Source of the DNA: a virus
Length of the DNA stretch: 64,000 nucleotides
Reading direction: 5' to 3' (one strand)
IMG/VR virus record: IMGVR_UViG_3300032046_000001
Coordinates: 232,551-296,550 of that record
Part shown: positions 17,553 through 26,814 of the stretch, one piece after another
How the letters are laid out: every line of letters begins with the position of its first letter
How positions within the stretch are numbered: position 1 is the stretch's first letter
The notes under the pieces: generated by a model
Database searches by the model: none
The model's input: only the letters and a program-made list of their open reading frames with translations
Told to the model about the DNA's origin: nothing
Program-made: the position numbers and the translations under genes

Positions 17553-17651
17553 TGTTCATCGATATCCCAAAATCAAAAAATCAACCTTCCAACACCAAAT
17601 GCCCCATAATGTTTTCCAACAGGAACACATGGCATTGGATTTAAGGGATTT

Positions 17652-18056
17652 TCATATAATACCATTTCCGAGTCCTTCAACTAATTGAAAATAAAAAATC
17701 ATGTATTCATCATATGACCTATGAAATATTGGTCTTATATTGTTTATTGAAAAGGGAACCGTATCCCTTTCTAAAACGTCAGTTAAACAACCACTTGTAA
17801 ATTTATGTTTTCGTTTTTTATATATGATTTCTCCTGTCATCATCATACTTCTAAAAAAATTGAATTGATCATGAGTTATTGGTCCCGTACATGTTATTGT
17901 CTGTCTGGATCTACCTGAGAATAACCAGTGGAGATACTCCGAATTTCTAATATTCGGTGCTCCAATAATAAAAAATGGTAACATTATACCTTCATACATG
18001 ATATTTATAATCATTTCGGGTATTTTCATTTCTGGCATTTTAACATCCCTCATCAA
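17652..18056 (-). CDS. hypothetical protein (134 aa), paralog of 18541..18960
   Basis: Shared LPF...P.I...E.....LF and C.GP.T.D motifs with 18541..18960. Confidence 0.5.
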   Translation of the reverse strand: MMRDVKMPEMKIPEMIINIMYEGIMLPFFIIGAPNIRNSEYLHWLFSGRSRQTITCTGPITHDQFNFFRSMMMTGEIIYKKRKHKFTSGCLTDVLERDTVPFSINNIRPIFHRSYDEYMIFYFQLVEGLGNGII

Positions 18057-18067
18057 ATTAATTTTGA

Positions 18068-18526
18068 CTATTTATATCTAACAATATTGACACTTGGAAA
18101 ATATTGAACGATAATGGAAAGATAAACATTCCAATTACCGCCGCCTAATGTACATCCCATTTTTTCTGGAATATAAACTTTATCAGGATCTAATTGATGT
18201 ATTTCAATATGTCGTTTCAGTTTATTGAATGCATGATCAACAGCTTCATAATTTGTTTTTCTACTATCTGTTCCAATTTTTTCTTGTCCGAAAACATTAA
18301 CAACTGATAATAATTCATTGATCTTTATAACCTGAATTGATCCTAATAGAGTATAACCACCTTCTCTACACAAATCACGATATTGTTGATAAACTTCGGG
18401 ATATTTATCACGTATTTGTTTCGCTAAACCAGCCCCCATAATACCGAGGCAATTAACCTGATGACAGATTAATCCCTCGGTAATAGAGAGCAAATTTCCA
18501 TTCTGAACATGATATGTTATTTCCAA
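18068..18526 (-). CDS. macro-domain protein (ADP-ribose binding/processing), Poa1p-like signature
   Basis: ICHQVNCLGIMGAGLAKQIRDKYP matches the N..N.G.MG.G.A macro motif. Length 152 aa. Confidence 0.65.
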   Translation of the reverse strand: MEITYHVQNGNLLSITEGLICHQVNCLGIMGAGLAKQIRDKYPEVYQQYRDLCREGGYTLLGSIQVIKINELLSVVNVFGQEKIGTDSRKTNYEAVDHAFNKLKRHIEIHQLDPDKVYIPEKMGCTLGGGNWNVYLSIIVQYFPSVNIVRYK

Positions 18527-18540
18527 ATTTTTATTTCTCC

Positions 18541-18960
18541 TTAACTCTCAAAATCATTAATAGATTTAATTCTGAATAAATTTCCTTTTATTACAATTGA
18601 AAAATTAACAAAATAATCATATTTACGTGATGGTATTTTACTTATTACTGCAATATATCGTGGCAATACATCACTTTCTCCAAAACCACTTAATCGGCAC
18701 TGCAACATTTTGTATGGATTATTATTGTATATCATAATACCCATAACTGGAAATGATTTTAAAATCGAACACTCATCACTTGTTAATGGTCCGTAACATC
18801 TTATTGCGCGTTCAATGTCATCACTACGTAATTTAAATAAAAATTCAATTGATTCTTCTCTGGAAATACCCGGAACACAATCGAGAACAAATGGAAGTAA
18901 TTTCCCATCAATGTTAAGACAAACAAGAATATCTGATAATCTCATAATTAGTTCCTCCAT
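18541..18960 (-). CDS. hypothetical protein (139 aa), paralog of 17652..18056
   Basis: See the paralog. Together they flank the macro-domain gene. Confidence 0.5.
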   Translation of the reverse strand: MEELIMRLSDILVCLNIDGKLLPFVLDCVPGISREESIEFLFKLRSDDIERAIRCYGPLTSDECSILKSFPVMGIMIYNNNPYKMLQCRLSGFGESDVLPRYIAVISKIPSRKYDYFVNFSIVIKGNLFRIKSINDFES

Positions 18961-18991
18961 AATTGAAGTTTAAAAAATTAATTATCCGTAT

Positions 18992-19010
18992 CATCTATTA
19001 ATATATTTAG
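18992..19010 (-). promoter_or_regulatory. variant of the promoter-like motif (CATCTATTAATATATTTAG)
   Basis: Lies 31 nt upstream of the 18960 start codon. Confidence 0.35.
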
Positions 19011-19182
19011 TTTACCTCGTTTTTAATGATTATTTTATTATATCGTCTAACAGCCTTATGTAATCTTCTCTTATTTTTTTTATGGGTTTTTTTATTTCTT
19101 TTTATATAATTAAAATTATCATCATAATTATGACCAAATAATTTTAATAAATATACTTTCTCAAATTTACTCTTAGGTTTCA

Positions 19183-19593
19183 TTAATCGTCATATATTGG
19201 TGAAAATTTCTTTTTTAATTTTTCATATAATTCGAGTTCGTTTTGAAATTCTTTTTGATGTTTTTCTATTTCTTTTTGTTTTTCTTGTTCTTTTTCTAAT
19301 TCAATTTCTTGTTGTCGTTCTTTAATTAATTTTTCGAGAATTTTTTCTTGTCCGAATAAAAGTTCATTATATTCAACAGAAAAATAATCTATTTCATCTT
19401 CGCCGTCATAATAATCATGACTGTACTGATAATAAGTTATTGTAATATAATTATCTCCAAGACGAATTCGATTAAAATCAAAATTTATTTTAAAAAATTC
19501 AGAAAATTTTTTAGAAATTTCTTCAGCCATTTCATGGAATAATTTATGTAATTTTTTGAAAGTTTCAATTTGTTCTTTTGTCATGTTTACCAA
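19183..19593 (-). CDS. coiled-coil protein (136 aa)
   Basis: EQEKQKEIEKHQKEFQNELELYEKLKKK-type heptads. Confidence 0.45.
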   Translation of the reverse strand: MVNMTKEQIETFKKLHKLFHEMAEEISKKFSEFFKINFDFNRIRLGDNYITITYYQYSHDYYDGEDEIDYFSVEYNELLFGQEKILEKLIKERQQEIELEKEQEKQKEIEKHQKEFQNELELYEKLKKKFSPIYDD

Positions 19594-20173
19594 AGATCAC
19601 ATTTCCTTTCTTCGTTTTATAACAATATCCACATTCTAAACATGTTTTTTTATTTTTTTCATATAAACATTCAAACCCATTTGCTCTTTTATCATTATTT
19701 ATATATGCGATTCTAAATCCGTCGGGTGGATCAGGCATTGTTATATCAGTAGATAAAAAAATTTGGATATTATTTAATTTATTTAGAACTTTTATTTTTT
19801 CAAATAAATTTGGAATCACACACGAACGAGTGTATGTCCAAAATTTAATACTTGATAATGATGAACAAATTTTAATCCATGAATCAATATAATCTTCACT
19901 ATAAAAATCTCCAGACGTGTGAATACGTACAATTGATTCACACGTCTTAGAGATTTTATTTATAATCATATCAGAAAAATTAGTTTGATCTTTAGAATAT
20001 TGAAAATTATTTTCGTATGATCGTTCACAAACTTTATATCTTTTCTGATATTTTAAAACATAACACTCTTTTTCACACCATTTACTTCTCCCAGGACAGC
20101 TATAATAACTGGGCATACTGATATTTAATATTTTTCCTAACTTTGTATTTCCCTTACTGATACAAAAATTCAT
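19565..20173 (-). CDS. Cys-rich hypothetical protein (202 aa)
   Basis: Cys pairs CPGRSKWCEKEC and CLECGYC. No confident family assignment. Confidence 0.45.
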   Translation of the reverse strand: MNFCISKGNTKLGKILNISMPSYYSCPGRSKWCEKECYVLKYQKRYKVCERSYENNFQYSKDQTNFSDMIINKISKTCESIVRIHTSGDFYSEDYIDSWIKICSSLSSIKFWTYTRSCVIPNLFEKIKVLNKLNNIQIFLSTDITMPDPPDGFRIAYINNDKRANGFECLYEKNKKTCLECGYCYKTKKGNVIFGKHDKRTN

Positions 20174-20662
20174 TTACGATTGTTGATTACTTTTCTCCTG
20201 TAGTATTTTAATATACTCTTGGATAATTGTGCGATAAACTAATCCATTTGGAAAGAATGGTAAAATATCAAATTCAGAATTTATCAAATTAAAATCATAT
20301 TCTGTTTTGATACCATCATTATTCAATATTTTATCGAGTGCTTTTGCTGTAGCCGAACTACGACTTATACCAGCATCGCACTGACACACTATCGTGTTAA
20401 CATTGTCTTTATTTTCAAAAATAAAATTCAAAATTTGTCTGGCATGATTTTCATTGAATAAAGTCAATTTATATTTTTCAATAATATCATCACCAATATC
20501 TTCTTCAACATCGCTAAATTTTAATTGTAGAATTCCTTTACAGTTTCTTCGTTTCGGAATTTTTGCGAATTCTTCCGAATTTTCTGTAATTGAAATTATA
20601 ATATATGGAACATCTGCATCAAAGAATCCTATAGTCCACCTGCTTTCAACTACCAGAATCAT
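20174..20662 (-). CDS. CX5R phosphatase-like protein (PTP/DUSP fold)
   Basis: Motif VCQCDAGISRSSA (C-x5-R-S). Confidence 0.55.
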   Translation of the reverse strand: MILVVESRWTIGFFDADVPYIIISITENSEEFAKIPKRRNCKGILQLKFSDVEEDIGDDIIEKYKLTLFNENHARQILNFIFENKDNVNTIVCQCDAGISRSSATAKALDKILNNDGIKTEYDFNLINSEFDILPFFPNGLVYRTIIQEYIKILQEKSNQQS

Positions 20663-20798
20663 TTTTCTTCGTCTTTAATTTATAAATACCCCAAATTGTG
20701 AAAATCAATAGGGCTGTTCCAATTGGACACTTGATTAAACCCCAAATAAACAGAATACAAAAAACAATCAATAAAATAAAGAAATCAATAGGTTCCAT
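20646..20798 (-). CDS. small hydrophobic membrane peptide (50 aa)
   Basis: A GGAGGG SD lies 5 nt before the ATG. Translates to MEPIDFFILLIVFCILFIWGLIKCPIGTALLIFTIWGIYKLKTKK.... Below the ORF-track cutoff. Confidence 0.4.
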   Translation of the reverse strand: MEPIDFFILLIVFCILFIWGLIKCPIGTALLIFTIWGIYKLKTKKNDSGS

Positions 20799-20840
20799 TT
20801 TTCCCTCCAATTATTTAATATGAATTAATTTCTTCTTTTG

Positions 20841-21017
20841 TCATACTTTATATAATCTCTTTTCAATTTGATATATTTCATCATAATCATGACAGTTTGG
20901 ACATCCTGCATCATAAGTTTCAGCAACCATTTCTCCTTCATATTCATAATATATCGTTCTTGGTTCTAAATCTTCTTCATCACCAATCCAACCACATAAT
21001 CGACAACTACACTTCAT
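20841..21017 (-). CDS. small zinc-ribbon protein (58 aa)
   Basis: MKCSCRLCGW...DAGCPNCHDY has two CxxC pairs. Manually translated. Confidence 0.35.
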   Translation of the reverse strand: MKCSCRLCGWIGDEEDLEPRTIYYEYEGEMVAETYDAGCPNCHDYDEIYQIEKRLYKV

Positions 21018-21240
21018 GTTCTTCCATTACACCTGATATGGTGTATTTATCGAATTCGTTTATAGTGATATTTGATTCTTCCAATATTTGAAATAGTTTC
21101 ATCAGATCATGATTCAATTGTTGTCTCAATAAACCATATTCATATGGAAAGACAGACATAACATATTGACTATCATGAAACTTAAAAGCCACGGTTGAAT
21201 TTTTGACTCTTTCACTCATCGTCATCCTCCAATTTAGCAA
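21007..21240 (-). CDS. hypothetical small protein (77 aa)
   Basis: ORF in a tightly packed overlapping series. Confidence 0.35.
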   Translation of the reverse strand: MLNWRMTMSERVKNSTVAFKFHDSQYVMSVFPYEYGLLRQQLNHDLMKLFQILEESNITINEFDKYTISGVMEEHEV

Positions 21241-21463
21241 GTTTTTTATAAACTCTGTTCATATTATCCAGTGCTTCTTTAATATCATCTTGGTAAAGAA
21301 CATATTCATCATCATCTACACTTTCAAGTAGACTTTCAATTTCTTTTATATATTCTAAGATTCTATTACCAATCGAATAACTTGTTGAACTACTATTTGT
21401 AACCAAATCATTTTTAACTTTCAATCTGAATTGTCCTCTTATCAATCTCGATAAGTCGTTCAC
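21212..21463 (-). CDS. hypothetical small acidic protein (83 aa)
   Basis: ORF overlapping its neighbours. Confidence 0.35.
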   Translation of the reverse strand: MNDLSRLIRGQFRLKVKNDLVTNSSSTSYSIGNRILEYIKEIESLLESVDDDEYVLYQDDIKEALDNMNRVYKKLAKLEDDDE

Positions 21464-21602
21464 GTATTTTATTAATTTTTTCTAAAATTTTTTTAATATC
21501 TGATTTTGTAACAAAATGATCATTGATTGAATTTTCAACTCTCTTAAGATTGTCTAATAATTCATCGACGACAGACCGAAATATAATTCGCCCAAATATC
21601 AT
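21414..21602 (-). CDS. hypothetical small protein (62 aa)
   Basis: ORF. Confidence 0.3.
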   Translation of the reverse strand: MIFGRIIFRSVVDELLDNLKRVENSINDHFVTKSDIKKILEKINKIRERLIEIDKRTIQIES

Positions 21603-21603
21603 T

Positions 21604-22191
21604 CTAATCAGGTTTTCTCCTAATTATTGATCGAAAATAAATATCCCTACCATCATAGGTGCATTGTGTTGATTGTATAACTTCAAATCGTCCCTCATAT
21701 TCAAATAATCGTTTTATTCTTTGAGGAGTCGTGATATTTTGATGAGGATCATATGTTTCATTAAACATCTCAGTTGAGATAATTATGTCATTTTTATCAA
21801 AATTAGGATCATCAACATCTTCATCAAGAATCATCTGGGATAATGATCTGAAATTAGGACACACTAAATCAATGACACCATTTGTTTCTATTGCGGTTGA
21901 AAGAAGATAGATAAAAAATCCTGTCTGATCTCTTGGAATATGTTCGAAATATCTGTAAATTAAAGCCCCATTGAATTTATATTTATAAGTTTTCAAAAAT
22001 TCAAAAATATCATATTTTACTTCAAGAACACAATGATTAATTTCACCACTTAACCATTTCTTGTGTTGTAATTCAGCGTATTCTGGTAAATCAGCCGTGA
22101 AATAATTGCGGTCTAAATTAACAATAAATTTACCTTCAATATCAATACCCAAATCTGGTTTACCAGCACCAATATTAAGAAACGATTCCAT
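21604..22191 (-). CDS. hypothetical protein (195 aa)
   Basis: ORF with no motifs. Confidence 0.5.
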   Translation of the reverse strand: MESFLNIGAGKPDLGIDIEGKFIVNLDRNYFTADLPEYAELQHKKWLSGEINHCVLEVKYDIFEFLKTYKYKFNGALIYRYFEHIPRDQTGFFIYLLSTAIETNGVIDLVCPNFRSLSQMILDEDVDDPNFDKNDIIISTEMFNETYDPHQNITTPQRIKRLFEYEGRFEVIQSTQCTYDGRDIYFRSIIRRKPD

Positions 22192-22206
22192 AAATAATAT
22201 TCTCCT

Positions 22207-22374
22207 TTAACTAAATAACATTCCTATAAAAACAATACCCAAATAAATTATTGCGATTACACCTATTATGGCAAGTACAATAAAAAATTTAATTAAAAAT
22301 ATACTAAATGCCATAAATATAATTGGAAATATAAAAAAACATATGATAAATAATATAATAAATAATTCAAACAT
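22207..22374 (-). CDS. small hydrophobic membrane peptide (55 aa)
   Basis: An AGGAGAG SD lies 8 nt upstream. Translates to MFELFIILFIICFFIFPIIFMAFSIFLIKFFIVLAIIGVIAIIYLGIVFIGMLFS. Confidence 0.4.
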   Translation of the reverse strand: MFELFIILFIICFFIFPIIFMAFSIFLIKFFIVLAIIGVIAIIYLGIVFIGMLFS

Positions 22375-22386
22375 TGTCTATCTCTC

Positions 22387-23109
22387 CTATATAAACTCAA
22401 TTACTATACTGTTAAAGAACGGTTTCAAATACTTATCAAAATATATTTCTTTATCAATATCATTACAATCTATCATCTGAATCACTGTTTCTGAAATTTT
22501 CATTCTACCATATTTTAAAAGAATTATTTCATAATATTCATTACTGATTGGAATACAAAAAATTTCTGGATCTTCATTATTGATTAACTCGTCTCTTATT
22601 CTCTGTAGTGATCTAAAAATTGACTCTTTACTAAGAAAATTTATTTTTAGTATCTTTGAATAAAAATAATTCATTTGACCATATTTATTAGCTATACCTT
22701 TAGCTGTGATTTCATTTTTATTATTGATTGCTATATAACTATTACGATCAGATGATATTATAAAATTTAGATAAATATCTCTAAGTTTTAAAGATGTTTC
22801 ATGATCGAGTATTTTTACTGGAGTTAATAACAATCCATCATATTGCCTCGTTATTATATCACTGTCAACGACCTTATTTTTTAGAATAAAGTCATTGACA
22901 GTAGCCTCGGTTATTTTTCTTAAAATATTTATCAAATTGGGATACTTTTTCATTAAATTCCCTATTTGAATATTTCGTTTTATTTTGTCATTTTTATCAA
23001 TATTAGAAATATCATAACCCAATGATTCGAGTATAAAATAATGACAACTTTCTATATCGTATAAATAAATATTATTTAAAAATAGTTTACATTTCTCATT
23101 TATTTTCAT
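22387..23109 (-). CDS. hypothetical protein (240 aa)
   Basis: ORF. Confidence 0.5.
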   Translation of the reverse strand: MKINEKCKLFLNNIYLYDIESCHYFILESLGYDISNIDKNDKIKRNIQIGNLMKKYPNLINILRKITEATVNDFILKNKVVDSDIITRQYDGLLLTPVKILDHETSLKLRDIYLNFIISSDRNSYIAINNKNEITAKGIANKYGQMNYFYSKILKINFLSKESIFRSLQRIRDELINNEDPEIFCIPISNEYYEIILLKYGRMKISETVIQMIDCNDIDKEIYFDKYLKPFFNSIVIEFI

Positions 23110-23389
23110 CTTTTATAAAATTTATTTCTAATTTATATCCAAATTGAAGGCAAATTTCAGTCATAATACTAACCACTGTATTATTAATCTCACTATTATC
23201 AAATGCGTAGTTAACATGTATCCAATCAAGACCAATTAAATCGCATAATGTCTTGTTTTCTTTGTTTAAAATTTCAATTATTTTTTCTCTGATTTGAGAT
23301 AAGTTTTGAAGTTGTAGTTCTTTTCTTTTAATATACAAGGGAATTAATTCCTCTTCCATTGTTTCATCCTGTAACATTATTTCCTCCAT
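23096..23389 (-). CDS. hypothetical protein (97 aa)
   Basis: ORF. Confidence 0.45.
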   Translation of the reverse strand: MEEIMLQDETMEEELIPLYIKRKELQLQNLSQIREKIIEILNKENKTLCDLIGLDWIHVNYAFDNSEINNTVVSIMTEICLQFGYKLEINFIKDENK

Positions 23390-23396
23390 TATTTTA

Positions 23397-24269
23397 TTAC
23401 ATATTATCCCTTAAAATTTGTCTACCAACATGAGTTGATGTGTTTTCATTAGTTGGAAACTCACCAGTCACTAATCCAATCATAATATTGTCTATTTTAA
23501 TATGATGTAAATTATCTCTGATATCTTTTTGAAGGTTTAGAAAATATTCACACATATCTCCGTTTGTCCTCATAGTAGACCAGTTTTCAGTATTAGCGAT
23601 AACCTTATATAACATCTTGACCATTTCTCTATTAGCTGATTCAGTTAATCGTTGTTCAATATTGATTGTATTTTCTTTAAATAATACTGCATTATTATTT
23701 TTAACTTTGACAATATAATATGGAATTAGATTTTGATGTGCCATTGATATAATCAAATAATTTGATTTTCCACCATAACACTTCAAACAATAATCATTGA
23801 ATATATGTACCATTCTGAATCCAGAATTATACACCGATATTTCAGAGACAGGTAAATCTAATACTGGAATCTTATCCGCATTTTTGAAAATTAATAATTC
23901 GCGCCTTTTATTACCATCTGAAAGAAATCCACCTTTGGGATGGGGAATACTCAAAAATAAATATTCATCTGAATTAACACCTTTTACTCCAGCAGTTACA
24001 GATTTAATATCTGCTCCTTCTGGAAGTTCTGTTTTATATCTCTTCATCCACTCACTTAATGAAGTTATGGGTATTGCGATTTTTGGTTGCCTTGTAGTAG
24101 AAACTTGATCAGTAGTTTCTGTTATACAATCTTCAACAACTGGTTCAATTTCTTGAGTTGATTTTTTACGATATTTCCTTTTAGTTGGGACTATAGCATC
24201 AATATCTTTTGGTATACCTGTAATCCCTTCGATCATTTTCAATATATCGTCATCTTTATCATCAATCAT
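23397..24269 (-). CDS. hypothetical protein (290 aa)
   Basis: ORF. Confidence 0.5.
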   Translation of the reverse strand: MIDDKDDDILKMIEGITGIPKDIDAIVPTKRKYRKKSTQEIEPVVEDCITETTDQVSTTRQPKIAIPITSLSEWMKRYKTELPEGADIKSVTAGVKGVNSDEYLFLSIPHPKGGFLSDGNKRRELLIFKNADKIPVLDLPVSEISVYNSGFRMVHIFNDYCLKCYGGKSNYLIISMAHQNLIPYYIVKVKNNNAVLFKENTINIEQRLTESANREMVKMLYKVIANTENWSTMRTNGDMCEYFLNLQKDIRDNLHHIKIDNIMIGLVTGEFPTNENTSTHVGRQILRDNM

Positions 24270-24301
24270 TGAAAAAATTTATTCCTTTCATTATAAAATA
24301 T

Positions 24302-24335
24302 TTGGAAGATCCGAGTAATTTCGGATCTTCCAAAA
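24302..24335 (-). terminator. 14-bp hairpin (tttggaagatccga-gtaatt-tcggatcttccaaa) in an intergenic gap
   Basis: Perfect inverted repeat between the 24339 gene's 3' end and the 24269 start. Flanking sequence is A/T-rich rather than a clean U-run. Confidence 0.4.
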
Positions 24336-24338
24336 CAA

Positions 24339-24536
24339 TTAGAGAATACTATGACGAGCACAATATGCTCCTTTTATTATTTTGTCACTATTTTTGGGAT
24401 TATGATACGATCTAAGTCCAACAGGATCATTATGTTCTGATGGATATGGTGCTTTAAACCAAGTATAAATACCTGTTTCTAATTCCCACAGACATTGTGG
24501 GCATGTTGGTAAAACAGAATCATCTTTTCTTTTCAT
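24339..24536 (-). CDS. hypothetical small protein (65 aa)
   Basis: ORF. Confidence 0.4.
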   Translation of the reverse strand: MKRKDDSVLPTCPQCLWELETGIYTWFKAPYPSEHNDPVGLRSYHNPKNSDKIIKGAYCARHSIL

Positions 24537-24760
24537 AAAATTGGATTTGCTGAAAATCTATTTTTGCCCTCGTTTACATAGCTGACTTTATACATTACGC
24601 CATTAATTGAAAATACAGTTCCTGTTGATGGTAATAATTGAGGCGGGACGTCAGCCTGTTTTGGTGCCAAAGATTCCTTAATTTCTTCAAGAGTCGCTGG
24701 TACTGTTACTACCGGAAATTCATTTCCATTTTGATCCTTAAAAATCACTTCATCAGACAT
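24533..24760 (-). CDS. hypothetical small protein (75 aa)
   Basis: ORF with ATGA-type overlap. Confidence 0.4.
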   Translation of the reverse strand: MSDEVIFKDQNGNEFPVVTVPATLEEIKESLAPKQADVPPQLLPSTGTVFSINGVMYKVSYVNEGKNRFSANPIL

Positions 24761-24773
24761 AATTTATTCTCCT

Positions 24774-25430
24774 TTAAATATTTTGATGATATTTATCATT
24801 TAAAATTTTTCGTATACTACTTATTGCGTGTTGTTCATATTTTTCTCTAAATAATTCAGTACGAAAAATATGTTTTTTTGGATCTAAAAGAGTTAGTAAA
24901 AAATTTATTCTGGCATTTTTACTGAATGATAATCCATATTCCTTTTCAATATTATCATCATATTGATTGAAAGTTTCTTCATCAGAACCTAATATTGAAA
25001 AATCAATGTCATACATATAATTATATTCAATTATTGGTTTGGTTGATGTTCCATATTTTGTTTCTAAAATTAAATCAGCAACTAAATCTGGATTTAATAT
25101 CAAGTCTAACTCATATATTGATCTTACTGCTTCTATAGAACTTAATAATTCTGATTCTCCATTATAAGTAGTCATGATAAAATCATGCCAGAATATGGCG
25201 TACTCCATTTCTTCACGATTTGGAAGGGTTTGCTTGATACTATCTAATAGATCAATACTTCTCATAATATGATCAATATTATGATAATGTCTTCTATGAG
25301 AAGTATATGCCGATATTAATTGATTTAAATATGCGGAGTGACTAAATCCACCACCATATAACGCAACACTTTGACATAATCTTGAAAATCTTTCTCTAAA
25401 TGATGATATATCCATTATGACCACCACCAA
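24774..25430 (-). CDS. possible HD-domain phosphohydrolase-like protein
   Basis: Segments RRHYHNIDHIMRSIDLL and FWHD. Weak call. Translationally coupled to the CoaD-CoaE gene. Confidence 0.35.
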   Translation of the reverse strand: MVVVIMDISSFRERFSRLCQSVALYGGGFSHSAYLNQLISAYTSHRRHYHNIDHIMRSIDLLDSIKQTLPNREEMEYAIFWHDFIMTTYNGESELLSSIEAVRSIYELDLILNPDLVADLILETKYGTSTKPIIEYNYMYDIDFSILGSDEETFNQYDDNIEKEYGLSFSKNARINFLLTLLDPKKHIFRTELFREKYEQHAISSIRKILNDKYHQNI

Positions 25431-26581
25431 TATCGCTGAATTGTCTCAGCTAATTTATGAAAACATTCTCGATCAAATTCAGTATCTGATACATTTGAAT
25501 TATTGAATGTGATAATATCTCCGTGACCATCTTTTTTAATTTGATCTTGTATTCGTTTTCTAAGTTCTCCTGATGTTAATTGACTATTGATTCTTTCTTC
25601 GATTTGTTTATCAGTTAAAGATCTTGATCTTAATCTTTCATATTGTTCACTTGGGCTTGTCTCAACCAAGATCACATTGTTATTAGATAGATAACCCAAA
25701 TTAAAATCTAATATTTTATTACCGAATAAATAGGCACAATTCAGAAGAATAATACAATCTTTATTTTTCTGTAATTTCTCTCGATAGAGCATGAATAGAG
25801 CTTCATCTACTAATTTATATAGTTTAATCAATCTTTCAGGATTAGGGAAAACTTTCTCAGCCAGGATATGAGAATCTATCAAACACATACAATTATTATT
25901 AGAAAATATAATATCATCACCAAATTCGTCAACAATGTTTCGACGAATTTGTGTATAATATGGTTGAAATCTCTGTGTATAAATCTCATGAACAAGATTA
26001 TCGAAGTCTATATTAATCATCTTTAATGAACCAGCTTCAATTATCTTTTTTGTGACGAATGACTTACCACAACCGATACCACCTACAACTCCAATAATTA
26101 TTTGTCCAGAAATTTTTTTCTCAAGAGCTTGTTTGACATATAAAGGTACAAACTCATGAATGAATCCTTTGTGTTGTTCTAATACTTTAACAACAGAAGA
26201 ACTCACATTTTCATACTTCTGTTCCGAAAATAAAAGTAAAGTCTCGATATTGGGAGCTTGTGATTTACCAACTTTATATAGATTTGTTTCATACTGATAA
26301 TCTTCTTGATTTCGGACACTTTTCACAATGATATCTATACCGTTTAAGATCGCATAATCAACAAGCAACCCATCAAATGCTGATACTTCAACATTAGGTA
26401 TATGAGCAACTGATTTACGGATAAGTTCCAATCTCTCATATAAATTAAAAACATACTTCTTTGTTTCATTAATTCCAACGGCAACATGTACTTGTTCAAA
26501 TAGTTTAGCTGCTCGTTCGATTGTATTTATATGACCAAAATGGATCGGGTCTCCACTCAGAGCAAACATAGCTTTTGACAT
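25415..26581 (-). CDS. coaDE: bifunctional phosphopantetheine adenylyltransferase / dephospho-CoA kinase (CoaD-CoaE fusion)
   Basis: N-terminal FALSGDPIHFGHINTIERAAKLF...NVEV...RNQEDYQYETNL (CoaD-like T/HxGH and R..DFEYE). C-terminal IIGVVGGIGCGKSFV...IDFDNL...ILVETSPSEQYERLRSR (CoaE-like P-loop). Confidence 0.7.
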   Translation of the reverse strand: MSKAMFALSGDPIHFGHINTIERAAKLFEQVHVAVGINETKKYVFNLYERLELIRKSVAHIPNVEVSAFDGLLVDYAILNGIDIIVKSVRNQEDYQYETNLYKVGKSQAPNIETLLLFSEQKYENVSSSVVKVLEQHKGFIHEFVPLYVKQALEKKISGQIIIGVVGGIGCGKSFVTKKIIEAGSLKMINIDFDNLVHEIYTQRFQPYYTQIRRNIVDEFGDDIIFSNNNCMCLIDSHILAEKVFPNPERLIKLYKLVDEALFMLYREKLQKNKDCIILLNCAYLFGNKILDFNLGYLSNNNVILVETSPSEQYERLRSRSLTDKQIEERINSQLTSGELRKRIQDQIKKDGHGDIITFNNSNVSDTEFDRECFHKLAETIQRYWWWS

Positions 26582-26591
26582 AATCGATCTC

Positions 26592-26804
26592 CTATGGTGT
26601 ATCTACTTCTATTACTGTCTCATCAATACTTAATTCAACTATATAAAATATAATATTTCTATAATTAGAATTTGGATCTTTTCTTTCATCAATAATCCAT
26701 TCGTTTATCCTATTTTCATCTTCGGAAGAATAAACACAATCTCCTTGTGGTGAATTAATTCTACATTCAAATTTGATATATGTTTTTTCCATTGTTTCTC
26801 TCAT
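26592..26804 (-). CDS. hypothetical small protein (70 aa)
   Basis: ORF. Confidence 0.4.
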   Translation of the reverse strand: MRETMEKTYIKFECRINSPQGDCVYSSEDENRINEWIIDERKDPNSNYRNIIFYIVELSIDETVIEVDTP

Positions 26805-26814
26805 TGTTTTTCTC

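Noticed and set aside
25415-26581. Initial reading of the N-terminal nucleotidyltransferase domain as NadD (NaMN adenylyltransferase), which would have completed the Preiss-Handler pathway.
   Set aside because: The RNQEDYQYE segment and the fused CoaE-like P-loop kinase fit CoaD/CoaE better. The NadD role is kept only as an untested possibility.
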